NCBI GenBank assembly: GCA_038087875.1
Contig: CM075991.1
Coordinates: forward strand, 1,116,001-1,180,000
Origin: Malacoraja senta
Lineage: Eukaryota
Reading direction: 5' to 3'
Length of the DNA stretch: 64,000 nt
In this document: in pieces, positions 62,501-64,000 of the stretch
How positions within the stretch are numbered: the first letter of the stretch is position 1
How the letters are laid out: the number at the start of each line of letters is the position of its first letter
Notes under the pieces: generated by a model
Told to the model about the DNA's origin: nothing
Seen by the model: only the letters and a program-made list of their open reading frames with translations
Databases searched by the model: none
Translations under genes and position numbers: made by a program

Positions 62501-64000
62501 AAAACTGCTAAATACCCCACGTGAAGATTGGTCCTGGTCCTGCCTTAATGTACAGATTCCACCTTCCCCCAAACCTGTCCCAATGCCTTAAGAATCTAAA
62601 TATCACCTTCCTCCGACGTTGCTCCAATTATGCAGATGCTGGAGGTTTAATAAACATATGTAATGATGAACGTTTAACTCATTTTCTGGGAAAGAAATGG
62701 GCATGTACCTAGGAACTGAGGAATGATGGTAATGGCATTGGGATTCTTAATATACAGCGGCAGTAAATTTCTGTTTACCTCCTGTTAGATGTAAGCATTG
62801 TGTCAAATTAAAGAATATGCAGGGGTTAGGAGCAATGATGGTGGTAGCATTTTTTTGGCATCAATAAAAAATACTTTAGCGAATTTTTCTGGAGTAAAAG
62901 CTAAATAAGAATGAGGAATGATCGAAGGCTTGATACCAGCAGGGTCAGAGGCAATAGTGCAGAAGTCATCCATAACTAGATTGATCAGAATGGAAAAGGA
63001 TCAGTAGGAGAATATGAGAACATAAGAAATAGGAGCAGGTGTAGGTTGTTTGGACCTTTAGCATGCTCCACCATTTAACAAGATCGTGTCCACATTTCTA
63101 CCTGAAACATACTTTGTCTACCCCATCATATCTTTTTATTTGTAGGAAGGAACTACAGATGCTGGTTTAAATCGTAGGTAGACACAAAATGGTGGAGTAA
63201 CTCAGCGGGACAGGCAGCATCTCTGGAGAGAAGGAATGGGTGACATTTTGGGTCGAGACCCTACTGCAGACCGATGTCAGGGGAGTGGGCGGGACAGAGA
63301 TAGAATTAAGTCGGAGACAGTAAGACTGGTGGGAAAACTGGGAGGGGGGATGGGATGGAGAGAGAAGGAAAGCAAGGGCTATTTGAAGTTAGAGAAGTCA
63401 ATGTTCATACCCCTGGGATGTAAGCTGCCCAAGCGAAATATGAGGTGCTGTTCCTCCAATTTGCGCTGGGCCTCACTCTGACAATGGAGGAGGCCCAGGA
63501 CAGAAAGGTCAGATTGGGAATGGGAGGGGGAGTTAAAGTGCTGAGCAACCAGGCAATCAGGTCAGTTAAGGCAGACTGTGCGGAGGTGTTCAGCGAAACA
63601 ATCGCCGAGCCTGCACTTGGTCTGACACCTGGAGCAGCGGATACAGTAGATGAGGTTGGAGGAGGTGCAAGTGAACTTCTGCCTCGCCTTAAAAGATTGT
63701 CAAAGTCCTTGGATGGAGTCGAGGGGGGAGATAAAATGACAGGTGTTGCATCTCTTGCGGTTGCAGGGGAAAGTACCTGGAGAGGGGGTGGTTTGGGTGG
63801 GAATGGATGAGTTGACCAGATAGCTGCCGAGGGAACGGCCTCTACCGAAAGCAGAAAGAGGTGGCGATGGGACGATGTGGCCAGTATTGGAATCCCATTG
63901 GAGGTGGCGAAAATGTCGGAGAATTATATGTTATATGCGACGGCTGATGGGGTGGAAGGTGAGAACAAGGGGGACTCTGTCCTTGTTACGAAAGGGGGGA

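Larger units (their letters stand above)
46247..64000 (+). repeat. Large direct duplication, copy B; repeats Rex1 (51896-53290), PLE (56695-58300, 58910-59305, 63142-64000), CR1 (59305-60850) and the GC-rich element (61204-61960)
   Basis: Collinear with 1-16961. Confidence 0.98.

Noticed and set aside
1..64000. Prokaryotic RT systems (retron, DGR) or a methylase-recombinase defence module
   Set aside because: All RT, YR, MT-like and GIY-YIG motifs lie within recognisable eukaryotic retrotransposon architectures.

Overview
Eukaryotic, repeat-saturated, largely non-coding DNA, most likely from a cartilaginous fish (inferred from HE1-type V-SINEs, CR1/HER1-type LINEs and shark-type DeuSINE relics). 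Nearly every ORF in the track comes from a retroelement. Contents: a complete but decayed DIRS1-type tyrosine-recombinase retrotransposon (44801-50457, minus strand) with readable ITRs and ICR, plus a partial second copy (1-3370); several Penelope-like (Neptune-type) fragments whose pLTRs carry degenerate hammerhead-ribozyme motifs; Rex1/Babar, L2, Crack-like, CR1 and L1/Tx1 LINEs; Harbinger-type MITEs; and a non-autonomous Helitron nested in the 5' end of another. Large-scale structure: (i) 1-16961 is repeated at 46247-64000, either a ~47 kb-period duplication or a haplotype/assembly duplicate across the 200-N gap at 20020-20219; (ii) a ~1.17 kb inverted duplication whose inner junction is exactly the 5' end of a Crack-like LINE; (iii) a compound L1 insertion in which two L1 pieces share one 3' insertion point and the target appears three times (87, 203 and 203 bp). 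Two minus-strand candidate exons of an unidentified host gene lie at 21954-22084 and 9367-9472. I found no convincing wholly new system. The most unusual items are the compound L1 event, the LINE-bridged inversion and the pLTR hammerheads. All alignments were done by eye and family names come from recalled motifs, not database searches.
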